From contig JAPDFW010000092.1 of assembly GCA_028826165.1 (NCBI GenBank), forward strand, positions 620,001-684,000: a DNA stretch of 64,000 nucleotides. The letters are read 5' to 3'. The DNA is from Anaeramoeba ignava BMAN (taxonomy: Eukaryota; Protista; Anaeramoebae). This document shows, piece by piece, positions 1-12,100 of this stretch. Under the pieces are notes generated by a model that did no database searches, was not told the DNA's origin, and worked only from the letters and a program-made list of their open reading frames with translations. Position 1 is the stretch's first letter, and each line of letters starts with the position of its first letter. Made by a program: the position numbers and the translations under genes.

Positions 1-2592
1 GTTATGTTTCTTTCTTGTAATATCCCATCTATTCGATCATTAGCTTCATATTCCATTTCCATTTTCAGTAATTTCATTCCACAAGAAAAATTAGTACCAA
101 TTATCCAGGAAATATTGCCATTATTATCATCACAGAATGACATACAAAGACTTGGAGCAGCAGAAACAATCAACAATATTGTTAGTATTCTTGATATCAA
201 ATTCGTTCCATTCATTTCTTCTCTTGCTGTTCCAATTCTTCGTCGAATGAGTGATCACAATCATGCAATTCGTGAAGTGGTATCAAATAGTTTTGCATTG
301 TTAGTTAGGTTAATTCCTCTTGTTGCCACTTCTTCTCATCTTGAAAATTCACTGCATATTGGCGAAGAACATAAATTTTTGGAGCAACTTCTTGATTCTT
401 CCAAAATTGATCATGTTGAAATTCCTTTTAAATTAAATTTAGATTTAAGAAAATATCAACAAGACGGAATTAATTGGCTAATTTTTCTCAATAAATTTGG
501 ACTTCACGGGATTTTATGTGATGATATGGGATTAGGAAAAGTAAATTAAATTAAATTAAATTTAAATTAAAATTTAAATTTCTAAAATAATCTTTTTTTC
601 TTTTAGACTTTGCAAGCTCTTTGTGCAATTCTTATTCACCAAAATAATAAATCAAAATTATTGCAAGAAACAAAAAATACAGAATATCAACCTCTTCCTT
701 CTTTTATTGTTTGCCCATCTACTCTTGTTAGTCACTGGAAATTTGAAATTGAGAAAATATTTCCTCAAAACTTAAATATTCAAATTCTTAAATTTATTGG
801 GAATCCAAAAGAAAGATCAATTTTACTTAAAAAAATCCCAAATTCAAATATTGTCATTTCTTCTTATGATATTGTTCGCAAAGATATTCACTATCTAAAA
901 AAGCAATTATTTGATTACTTGATTCTTGATGAAGGACATATAATTCGAAATCCAACAACAAAAATAAGCCAAGCTGTGAAATCAATCAAAGCTCAGCATC
1001 GACTAATTTTATCAGGAACACCAATTCAAAACAATGTGATTGAATTATGGTCGTTGTTTGATTTTTTAATGCCAGGATTTCTTGGAAGTGAAAAATATTT
1101 CAAACAACAATTCGCAAAACCAATTCTCCAACTCAAAGACCCTCGATGTTCAGATAATATTCGAGAAAAAGGAACAATTGCAAAAGAAGCTCTTCATCGC
1201 CAAGTTCTTCCTTTTCTATTAAGAAGAATGAAAGAGGATGTTCTCAAAGATCTTCCTCCTAAAATTATTCAGGATTATTACTGCGAACTTAGTCCTCTTC
1301 AAATGAAAATTTACCAGCAATTCTCTCAAAAATTTGAAAAATCCGAGATTGCACAATTAATAAATAATCGAGAAGAAGAAAATAATCAAGAAAATTTATC
1401 AAATTCAATGGAAATTGAAAACAAAAAAGATGATAAAAATGATGATGGCAATGATAATGATAATGAACCTCAAAAATCTGGAAACAAAAAATCCAAAAAT
1501 AATCAGCATATTTTCCAATTACTTCAATATCTCCGTAGATTATGCAATCATCCCAAACTCGTTCTCGATCCAAAATCAAAACAGCACGCTCAAATCATTC
1601 AAGAACTAAAACAGAAAGGATCATCTATTAATGATATTAAACACTCTCCTAAACTTCTTGCTCTCAAACAACTTTTAATCGAATGTGGAATTGGTTCCGA
1701 TTCTCCAGAAAAATCCAAAAAAAACTTACACAAACAAACTCCCAAATTCGAACCAAAAACAAATGTGAGAATTCAATCAATCGAAGAATTCACACAAATT
1801 GAATCAGAAAGCCTTTCTCAAACTGGAGATTCATACGAAAAAATTTCAACATTTCGAACAGAAAAAATTTCGAAATTTGAACTAACCAAAAACAAAAAAG
1901 AAAATAAAGAAGAAAAAAATGAGACAAAAACAACATCACTTGATGCAGTTCTTTCACGACCTGTTTCAAGCCATCGAGCGTTAATATTTTGCCAATCAAG
2001 AAGTATACTCGACATCATTCAAGATGATCTATTAAGAAAAGAAATGCCTGAAGTGACATTTCTAAGATTAGATGGAGAAATGGAACCGAAAAAAAGAATG
2101 GATGTTGTATTAAAATTCAACAACGATCCAACAATTGATCTTCTTCTTTTAACAACAAAAATTGGGGGGACTGGACTCAATTTGACAAGTGCAGATACAG
2201 TTATATTTTTCGAACATGATTGGAATCCAATGCAAGATTTACAAGCAATGGATCGTGCTCATCGTTTGGGTCAAAGATTAGTTGTTAATGTTTATCGTTT
2301 GATCACTAAAGACACTTTGGAAGAAAGAATTATGGGATTGCAAAATTTTAAATTATCAATCGCTAATTCTGTTATTAACAAAGATAATTCTTCTCTTCAA
2401 AACGTAGATTCTCTCCAGTTTTTTAACTTGTTTTCTTTTGGAAACTCAAATTTAAATTTCCTTTCTAAAAATAATACTCAAAAATCTAATAATAATAATA
2501 ATAATAATTCTCTTGCTCATTTATCAGAACTTTGGAATGAAAATGAATATCAAGATGAGTTTGATCTTTCAAATTTTTTAGATAAATTTTAA
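1..2592 (+). CDS. BTAF1: TBP-associated SNF2-family ATPase Mot1/BTAF1, 5'-partial; exons <1..540 and 607..2592
   Basis: HEAT-like region, then LRKYQQDGINWL, GILCDDMGLGK|TLQ joined across a GT-AG intron 541..606, DEGH box, LSGTPIQNN, HRALIFCQ, DWNPMQDLQAMDRAHRLGQ. Confidence 0.95.
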
Positions 2593-2802
2593 ACATAAAA
2601 AAAAATTTTTTTTTTTTCTTCTCTTCCACTTTTTTTTTTTGTTTTGTTTTCTGGCAGATCAAATCTTTTTTTTTTTTTAAAATAAAAATAAAAATAAAAA
2701 TAAAACAAGAAAACAAATTTATTTTTCATTTTCCATTTTCTTTTTTCTTTTCTTTTGATCTAAAAAAACAACAACAAAAAAAATATCCAAAAAAAAAAAT
2801 AA

Positions 2803-5209
2803 ATGTCTTTCCAAAATTTAAATGAGAATTTAAAACAAACTTCTTCTGCAAATTTAAGTAAAATTATTTTTTTTTCATTTTTTTCATTTTTTTCATTTTT
2901 GTTTGTTTTTAAAAGCTTTACAAACTTTACAATCAAAAATTAATTCTTTAAAAGAACAAAAAAATGATTTTCTTTATAAAATTTCACTTTTAAAACAACA
3001 AGAAATTAATGATTTTCAAATTAATTTTAAACAAGAATTATTTGACCAAATCACAAATCTTTCTTCAGAAATTAAACTTTTAAAAGAAAAATTTTCTAAT
3101 TATTGTTTTTCTACTTCTCAAACTTCTTCTAATAATAATAATAATAATAATGATAATCAATTTAAAAAAATTAAGAAAAAAATACAAAATCTTCAACTTT
3201 CTGAATCAAATCATTTAGCAATTAAATCTCAAGTTTTGAAATATTTGGAAATTATTTCTATTCAACTTAAAACATTTGAAAAAGAAATTATTTATTCTCA
3301 AAATAAAGAATCAAAAAAACTACAAAGAAATTTATTACAAATTGAAAATCTTAAATCTCAAAATTCTGAAATGAATCAAGATTTGAATTCTTGTAATACA
3401 ATTGCTGAAACAGTTTTATCTGTTAAAAAATTAGAAAATAAAATTTCTCAAGAAAGAAAAAGAAGAATTAGAAAAAAAAGAAACAAACTCAATAAATATT
3501 CTCATCAAAAACAAGAATTAATTAGATCAAGGATATTTCAGTTATCTCAACAATATCCTCAATTAACAAATTTAGTTTTTAATAAAAAAACTTGGTTAAA
3601 TTTACGATTTGAAGAGGATCAAAATGATTTAGAAAATTTAAATCAAATTAATGGAATTGAAATTAATGATGAATTTGAAGTTTCTTTTATTAATGAAAAT
3701 GATTTAGAAAATCAAAATGAAAATAATTTAGAAAATAATTTAGAAAATGATTTAGAAAATGATTTAGAAAATGATTTAGAAAATGATTTAGAAAATGATT
3801 TAGAAAATGATTTAGAAAATGATTTAGAAAATCAAAATGAAAATGATTTAGAAAATGATTTAGAAAATCAAAATGAAAATAATTTAGAAAATGATTTAGA
3901 AAATAATTTAGAAAATGATTTAGAAAATAATTTAGAAAATGATTTAGAAAATGATTTAGAAAATAATTTAGAAAATCAAAATGAAATTAATTTAGAAAAT
4001 GATTTAGAAAATGGAAATCATTTAGAAAATAATTTAGAAAATGATTTAGAAAATGATTTAGAAAATCAAAATGAAAATGAAAATGATTTAGAAAATCAAA
4101 ATGAAAATGAAATTAATTTAGAAAATCAAAATGAAAATGATTTAGAAAATGATTTAGAAAATGATTTAGAAAATGATTTAGAAAATGAAAATCAAAATGA
4201 AAATGAAAATCAATACCAAAATCAAAATGATTTAGAAAATGATTTAGAAAATGATTTAGAAAATGATTTAGAAAATGATTTAGAAAATCAAAATGAAATT
4301 AATTTAGAAAATCAAAATGAAAATAATTTAGAAAATAATTTAGAAAATGATTTAGAAAATGATTTAGAAAATGAAAATGAAAATGAAAATGAAAATAAAA
4401 ATCAAAATGAAAATGATTTAGAAAATGAAAATGAAAATCAAAAAGAAAATCAAAATCAAAATCAAAATCAAAATCAAAATCAAAATCAAAATCAAAATCA
4501 AAATCAAATTCAAATTCAAAATCAAAATCATTTAAAAAATCAAAATGAAAATCAAAATCAAAATCAAAATCAAAATCAAAATCAAAATCATTTAAAAAAT
4601 CAAAATCATTTAGAAAATTTTGATCTTTTAATTGATCTTTTATCAGATAATCCTTCAAATCAAAAATCTAATTTTCAATATAAATATGGAGCATTCTTTT
4701 TAAGTAATTCTGAAAAACAATTTTTACCTTTCAATTCAACCTCAAATCACAAAAATTCACATTCATTACCTGTTAATATTCAATATTCACAAAACAAAAA
4801 TCAAAACTTTATTAGAAAATCAGAAATTTTTCAAAATAAAAATACAAAAATTATCCAATTATTATCAACTTTATATTCAGAACATCAATTTATGAAAAGA
4901 GAAAAGAATAAATTAGAAAGTATTTTAAGAAATTTACAAATTTTTTCACAAAACAAAAAAGAAAAAGAAAAAGAAAAAGAAAATTTGCAAGAAATTGGAG
5001 AAATAATTGAAGAAATATTAAAAGAGAAAAAAAAACAATTTCATTTCATTTGTAAATTATCAGAAAGAAAAGATGATTTTGGATTAACAATGAAAAAAAA
5101 GAATGAAAAAATAAAAATGGATTTAATTTTTCCAAAGACAAAAGAAACAGAAGATTTAAGAAGATTAATTAGAAGAGGAATTTATTGTCATCCAAATAAA
5201 AGTTTATAA
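2803..5209 (+). CDS. Uncharacterised coiled-coil protein with long (LEND/ENQN) repeat; exons 2803..2857 and 2916..5209
   Basis: 768-aa ORF; upstream ATG at 2803 joins in frame via GT-AG intron 2858..2915. Confidence 0.7.
3695..4620 (+). repeat. Coding 12-bp (GATTTAGAAAAT) and 6-bp (CAAAAT/GAAAAT) tandem repeats
   Basis: Directly visible; encode DLEN and QN/EN runs. Confidence 0.95.
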
Positions 5210-5277
5210 AAAATAAAAAATAACAAATTTCAAAAAATTCATTTTTTTTCTCATTTTTTTTAAAAAAAAATAAAACA

Positions 5278-5792
5278 ATGCAAAAACATAAAACAATTTT
5301 TTTTTATTCAGATAAAACAGCTTATGCATTTCTTTCAAATTTTTATCCAGCAAGACATACAGTTTTTGGAGCAGAATATTTAACAACAGAACATTCATTT
5401 CAAGCACAAAAATTTTTATGGGAAAAATCAACAGAAGAAGATAAAATTCAAGCAGAAAAAATCCGAATAGCAAAAAACCTGGATTAGCAAAAAAACTAGG
5501 AAATTCAAGAACCGGATTACATAAACTTAGACCAGATTGGGAAGAAAAAAAAGATAGTATTATGAAAGAAGTTGTTTTTGCAAAATTCGATCAAAATGAA
5601 GAATTGAAAAAACTTCTTTTTGAAACTGGTGATGCTCTTTTAGTTGAAGATGCTAGAAATGATTATTATTGGGGAAGAGGTGCTTCTGGAAAAGGAAAAA
5701 ATAAATTGGGTCATATTTTAATGGAAGTTAGAGCTGAACTTAAAGAAAAAGAAGAGAAAAAAGAGAAAGAAAATGAAAAAGAAAAAAAATAA
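5278..5792 (+). CDS. NADAR family (YbiA-like N-glycosidase/ADP-ribosylhydrolase), broken by a -1 frameshift at ~5472-5478
   Basis: FLSNFYP, TTEHSFQAQKF, then in the -1 frame AKKLG..LRPDWEEKKDSIMKEVVFAKFDQNEELKKLL.ETG.ALLVE...DYYWGRG..GKGKNKLGHILMEVR, a complete NADAR signature. Confidence 0.9.
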
Positions 5793-5901
5793 AAGGAAAT
5801 CATTATCTCATTATTAAAAAAATTTTTTTCAAAATAAAAATCATTTTTTTTTTCATTTTCATAAAGAAATCAAAATAAAATAAAATAAATCAAATAAATC
5901 T

Positions 5902-8900
5902 ATGCAAAATTTTTTTCCTTCTCAATTTACAAATGAATTTGATTCAAAAATTACTCCTTTACATTTTGCTTGTTATTTCCAAAAAGAAACTACTCTTCAA
6001 GAAATTCAAAAATTAATTGAAAAAGGTTTTGATGTTAATGCAAAAACAATTTATAATCATCAAACTCCTTTACATTATGCCTGTCAAAATCAAAATGAAT
6101 TAAAAAATGAAAATCAAATTCAAAATCAAAATCAAAATGAATTAAAAAATGAAAATGAAAATCAAAATCAAATTCAAAATCAAAATCAAATTCAAAATCA
6201 AAATGAAAATCAAAATGAAAATCAAAATGAAAATCAAAATGAATTAAAAAATCAAAATCAAATTCAAATTCAAAATCAAAATCAAAATCAAAATGAATTA
6301 AAAAATCAAAATCAAAATCAAATTCAAAATCAAAATCAAAATCAAAATCAAATTCAAAATCAAAATCAAAATCAAAATGAAAATCAAAATGAAAATCAAA
6401 TTCAAAATCAAAATCAAAATCAAAATGAATTAAAAAATCAAAATCAAAATCAAATTGAAAATCAAATTGAAAATCAAAATGAAAATAATTTAGAAAATCT
6501 TTTAGAAAATGATTCAGAAAATCAAATTGAAATTGAAAATAGAAAGAAAATTCAATTCCAAATAAAAAATAGAAAAAAAGTAAACTCATTAGAAATTATC
6601 AAATATTTAATTGAAAAAGGTGCTAAAATAAATGCAAAAACACATTTTGATGAAACTCCATTGCATTTTGCTTGTCAAAATAAAAATCAAACAAATTCAT
6701 TAGAAATTATCAAATATTTAATTGAAAAAGGTGCTGATATTAATATAGTAACTAAATATACTAAACAAACAGCATTACATTTTGCTTGTCAATATCAAAT
6801 AAAAGAAAATTCACTTGAAATTATCAAATATTTAGTCGAAAAAGGTGCTAATATTAATGCAATAAATAAAGATAGTGAAACACCTTTGCATTTAGTTTGC
6901 AAATTTCAACAAAAAAATACACTTGAAATTATCAAATATTTAATTGAAAAAGGTGCTAATGTTAAAACAAGAAATAATTTGGATAGAACATTACTACATT
7001 CAGTTTGTCAATATCAACAAAATGGAATTTCAATTGAAATTATCAAATATTTAATTGAAAAAGGTGCTGAAATAAATGCAAAAAATGATCACAGCCATCA
7101 TACACCATTACATATTGCTTGTCAATATCCAAAGAAAAATTCGTTTGAGATTATTAAGTTTCTTATTGAAAATGGAGCTGATATTCATTCAAAAACAATT
7201 GATAATGAAACTCCATTGTATTTTGCTTGTAAATATCAAAACCAAACAAATTCACTTGAAATTATCAAATATTTAATTGAAAAAGGTGCTGATATTAATG
7301 CCAAAACATGTTATAATCATCAAACACCATTACACATTGTTTGTCAATATCAAATTAAACAAAATTCAATTGAAATTATCAAACATTTAATTGAAAAAGG
7401 TGCTGATATCAACTCAAAAACGAAATACAAAGAAACACCATTACATTTATTTTGTGAATTTCAACAAAAAAATTCACTTGAAATTATCAACTATTTAATT
7501 GAAAAAGGTGCTGATATAGATTCCAAAAATAATTTTTATCAAACTCCATTACATTTAGCTTGCCAAAATCAGAACGAGACAAAATCACTTAAAATCATCA
7601 AATCTTTAGTTGAAAATGGAGCTGATATAAATGCAAAAACAATTTACAACGAACAACCTTTACATTATTTATCTAAATTTCATCCAAAAGAAAATTCATT
7701 TGAGAGTTTTAAATATTTAATTGAAAAAGGAGTTGATATCAATTCACAAGCTGATGATGGACACACACCTTTGCATTATATTTGTAAATATCGCCAAGAT
7801 TCCTGCTTTAAAATTATTGAATATTTAATCCAAAAAGGAGCTAAAACTAATATTACAAATAATCATAATGAAACACCTTTACATTTACTTTGTGAATTTC
7901 AAAAGAAAAACGAAAATTTGTTCCAAATCCTTCAATATTTTGTTGCAAATGGAGCTGATATTAATATCAAAAATAACAAAGACCAATCGATTTTGAGTTT
8001 TTTCATTTCTTCAGTAAAAGAACTTACTTTCTTATTGATGAATGAAGCAAATATTTTTGATTTGGCTCCATTTGAAGTTACAAACCACATTTCTGATCTT
8101 TTCCCAAAAATTTATTCAATTAATCAGGATTTAAACAATTTACTAAAATCACAAAATAATTTCTCTGATCTTGAAATTCAATCAAAAGATTCATTTACAT
8201 TTTCTGTTCATAAATTGATTCTTTTATTAAGATTTGATAATGATAATTTATTACTCCAAAAATTTATTAATATTTGCAAAATTTATCCAAAAGAAAATGT
8301 TCAGCTTGCAATTAATTTTCTTTACACAGGATTTCCTGATTTTGATAGTTTTCTTCAAAGTTATGAAAATTTACTAATTTTTAAATCCAAAAATGAACAA
8401 AATTTAAAAATCCAAAATCAAATTTCAAAAAAATCAAATTCTCATACTATTTCTCAATCAATTGAAATTGAAATTGAAAGAACAAAACAAAGAAATCAAG
8501 AAAAAGAAAAAGAACAAAAACAATATGAGAAAATTGAAAAAATATTCAAAATAATTTTCAATAATCCAAAAAATTGGATTAAATCAAAAAAAGGAAGAAA
8601 AGGAATATTAAAAGATTTTAGTAAATTATTCAAAGAAGAATCAACAAAAGATTTCACAATAATTTGTTCAGAAAATGAAAATGAAAATGAAAATGAAAAT
8701 GAAAATGAAAATGAAATTAAAATTAAAGTTCATAAATTGATTTTATTCATAAGAAGTGAATTATTTAAAGGAATGTTTCAATTAAATATAAAAGATTCAT
8801 CTAATCAAGTTCATGATTATACTCATAAATCATTTGAATCATTAAACCAATTAATTTATTTTTTTTATTTTGATAAATTTGAAGAAGAAAAAATGGATCA

Positions 8901-9018
8901 AAAAATTATTGAAGAATTAGAAGATTCAAAAGATTATTATCAATTAAATCCAAATTCAATAATTGATTTAATTTTATTTAAATTAATTGAAAAAAAAAAG
9001 GAAAAAAAATTTAATTAA
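5902..9018 (+). CDS. Ankyrin-repeat protein with C-terminal BTB/POZ domains and an NQ-rich insertion
   Basis: More than 10 TPLH.AC...EIIKYLIEKGADIN repeats; FSDLEI...FSVHKLIL and KDFTII...KVHKLILFIRSELFKGMF BTB motifs. Confidence 0.92.
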   Translation: MQNFFPSQFTNEFDSKITPLHFACYFQKETTLQEIQKLIEKGFDVNAKTIYNHQTPLHYACQNQNELKNENQIQNQNQNELKNENENQNQIQNQNQIQNQNENQNENQNENQNELKNQNQIQIQNQNQNQNELKNQNQNQIQNQNQNQNQIQNQNQNQNENQNENQIQNQNQNQNELKNQNQNQIENQIENQNENNLENLLENDSENQIEIENRKKIQFQIKNRKKVNSLEIIKYLIEKGAKINAKTHFDETPLHFACQNKNQTNSLEIIKYLIEKGADINIVTKYTKQTALHFACQYQIKENSLEIIKYLVEKGANINAINKDSETPLHLVCKFQQKNTLEIIKYLIEKGANVKTRNNLDRTLLHSVCQYQQNGISIEIIKYLIEKGAEINAKNDHSHHTPLHIACQYPKKNSFEIIKFLIENGADIHSKTIDNETPLYFACKYQNQTNSLEIIKYLIEKGADINAKTCYNHQTPLHIVCQYQIKQNSIEIIKHLIEKGADINSKTKYKETPLHLFCEFQQKNSLEIINYLIEKGADIDSKNNFYQTPLHLACQNQNETKSLKIIKSLVENGADINAKTIYNEQPLHYLSKFHPKENSFESFKYLIEKGVDINSQADDGHTPLHYICKYRQDSCFKIIEYLIQKGAKTNITNNHNETPLHLLCEFQKKNENLFQILQYFVANGADINIKNNKDQSILSFFISSVKELTFLLMNEANIFDLAPFEVTNHISDLFPKIYSINQDLNNLLKSQNNFSDLEIQSKDSFTFSVHKLILLLRFDNDNLLLQKFINICKIYPKENVQLAINFLYTGFPDFDSFLQSYENLLIFKSKNEQNLKIQNQISKKSNSHTISQSIEIEIERTKQRNQEKEKEQKQYEKIEKIFKIIFNNPKNWIKSKKGRKGILKDFSKLFKEESTKDFTIICSENENENENENENENEIKIKVHKLILFIRSELFKGMFQLNIKDSSNQVHDYTHKSFESLNQLIYFFYFDKFEEEKMDQKIIEELEDSKDYYQLNPNSIIDLILFKLIEKKKEKKFN

Positions 9019-9143
9019 AAAACTTTAAAACGTGTTTTTTTTTTAATTAAAAATTTTTTCTTTTAATTTTTTTTTTCATTTTTTTTTTTCAAATTCCCAC
9101 TTTAAAAAATTAATTAAACTAATTAAATTAATTAAAATAAATA

Positions 9144-12100
9144 ATGAAATTTTTTTGTTTAATAACTTTATTCATTATTTTTCTTTCACAAATAACAATA
9201 AATACTAATTCTTATTCAAATACACCATATTTACTTTGGCATGGAGCTTCAAATCAAATAAACATTAAAGATACTTTAAATATAATTGAATTTAATGGAA
9301 ATATTCATTCAATAGATCTTAAAACAGGAAAACAAAATTGGGTTATTGAAACAAACAAATTAGTTTTTGAATCTAAATTTGAAGTTACTGATCCTAGAAC
9401 TTTCTTTATTCCAAATCTTAATGGCAACATTTATTCATGTAAAAAAGAAGAAGAAATTAAAGTGAGTCATTTCTAAATTATAAATAAAATTATAAATTAA
9501 ATTATAAATTAAATTATAAATAAAATTATAAATAAAATTATAAATAAAATAATAAATAAAATTATAAATAAAATAATAAATTAAATAATAAATAAAATAA
9601 TAAATAAAATTATAAATAAAATAATAAATAAAATTATAAATAAAATTATAAATAAAATTATAAATAAAATTATAAATTAAATTATAAATTAAATTATAAA
9701 TAAAATTATAAATAAATTATAAATAAAATTATAAATTAAATTATAAAATAAATTATAAATAAAATTATAAATAAAATTATAAATTAAATTATAAATAAAT
9801 TATAAATAAAATTATAAATAAAATTATAAATAAAATTATAAATTAAATTATAAATAAAATTATAAATAAAATTATAAATTAAATTATAAATAAAATTATA
9901 AATAAAATTATAAATAAAATTATAAATAAAATTATAAATAAAATTATAAATTAAATTATAAATAAAAAATTATAAATAAAATTATAAATAAAATTATAAA
10001 TTAAATTATAAATTAAATTATAAATAAAATTATAAATTAAATTATAAATTAAAATTATAAATAAAATTATAAATTAAAATTATAAATAAAATTATAAATA
10101 AAATTATAAATAAAAATATAAATAAAATTATAAATAAAAATTATAAATAAAATTATAAATAAAATTATAAATAAAATTATAAATAAAATTATAAATAAAA
10201 TTATAAAAAAAATAATAAAAAAATATAAATAAAATTATAAATAAAATAATAAATAAAAATTATAAATTAAATTATAAATAAAAATATAAATTAAGTTATA
10301 AATTAAAGTTATAAATTAAAATATAAATTAAATTATAAATTAAATTATAAATAAAAAAAATAAAAATAAAATTAAAAATATAAATAAAAATATAAATAAA
10401 ATTATAAATAAAAATATAAATAAAATTATAAATAAAATTATAAATAAAATTATAAATTAAAATTATAAATAAAGTTATAAATTAAATTATAAATTAAATT
10501 ATAAATTAAATTATAAATAAAATTATAAATTAAATTATAAATAAAATTATAAATTAAATAATAAATAAAATTATAAATAAAATTATAAATTAAATTATAA
10601 ATTAAATTATAAATTAAATTATAAATAAAATTATAAATTAAATTATAAATAAAATTATAAATTAAATAATAAATAAAATTATAAATAAAATTATAAATTA
10701 AATTATAAATTAAATTATAAATAAAATTATAGAGTTATTTCATAAAACCGACCCGAGACAATAAATCCGACCCAGACTTCAAATTAAAAGAAAAAAAATT
10801 CACCTCAAAAACAAAAGTAAGGAAAAAAGTTCACCAACATGCATAATATCTTGAGCAAAAAGAATATATCTGCCTCTTTGTGGATATTCCTTTTTCTCTT
10901 CTTCTCTTTCTTTGGATGAATTTTTTCCTTTTAGCTCCCTTTTGAAAAATGTCAAAATCAATGGGATGGGTCGGATTTATTGTCTCGGGTCGGTTTTATG
11001 AAATAACTCTAAATAAAATTATAAATTAAATTATAAATAAAATTATAAATAAAATTATAAATAAAAATATAAATAAAATTATAAATAAAATTATAAATTA
11101 AATTATAAATAAAATTATAAATAAAATTATAAATAAAATTATAAATTAAATTATAAATAAAATTATAAATAAAATTATAAATAAAATTATAAATAAAATT
11201 ATAAATTAAATTATAAATAAAATTATAAATAAAATTATAAATAAAATTATAAATAAATTATAAATAAAATTATATAAATAAAATTATAAATAAAATTATA
11301 AATAAAATTATAAATAAAATTATAAATAAAATTATAAAATAAATTATAAATTAAATTATAAAATAAATTATAAATAAAATTATAAATAAAATTATAAATA
11401 AAATTATAAATAAAAATATAAATTAAATTATAAAATAAAATTATAAATAAAATTATAAATAAAATTATAAAATAAATAAAAAATTCTAATAAAATAATAA
11501 ATAAAATAATAAATAAAAATAATAAATTAAATTATAAATTAAATTATAAATAATATTATAAATAAAATTATAAATTAAATTATAAATAAAATTATAAATA
11601 AAATTATAAAAAAAATATAAAATAAAAATTATAAATTAAATTATAAATAAAATTATAAATTAAAATATAAATTAAATTATAAATATAAATATAAATTAAG
11701 TTATAAATAAAATTATAAATAAAAATTATAAATTAAATTATAAATAAAATTAAAAATAAAATTATAAATAAAATTATAAATTAAAATTATAAATAAAATT
11801 ATAAATAAAATTATAAATTAAATTATAAATAAAAATTATAAATAAAATTATAAATAAATTATAAATTATAAATTAAATTATAAATAAAATTATAAATAAA
11901 ATTATAAATAAAATTATAAATAAAATTATAAATAAAATTATAAATTAAATTATAAATAAAATTATAAATTAAATTATAAATAAAATTATAAATTAAATTA
12001 TAAATAAAATTATAAATTAAATTATAAATAAAATTATAAATTAAATTATAAATTAAATTATAAATTAAATTATAAATTAAATTATAAATTAAATTATAAA

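Noticed and set aside
1680-1975. Possible intein in the BTAF1 helicase linker
   Set aside because: No terminal His-Asn followed by Cys/Ser/Thr and no intein blocks; it is a low-complexity expansion at a normally variable linker
10718-11023. 14-bp target-site duplication (TAAATAAAATTATA) around the MITE
   Set aside because: Equals one 12-bp satellite period plus TA, so it is not independent evidence of a long TSD
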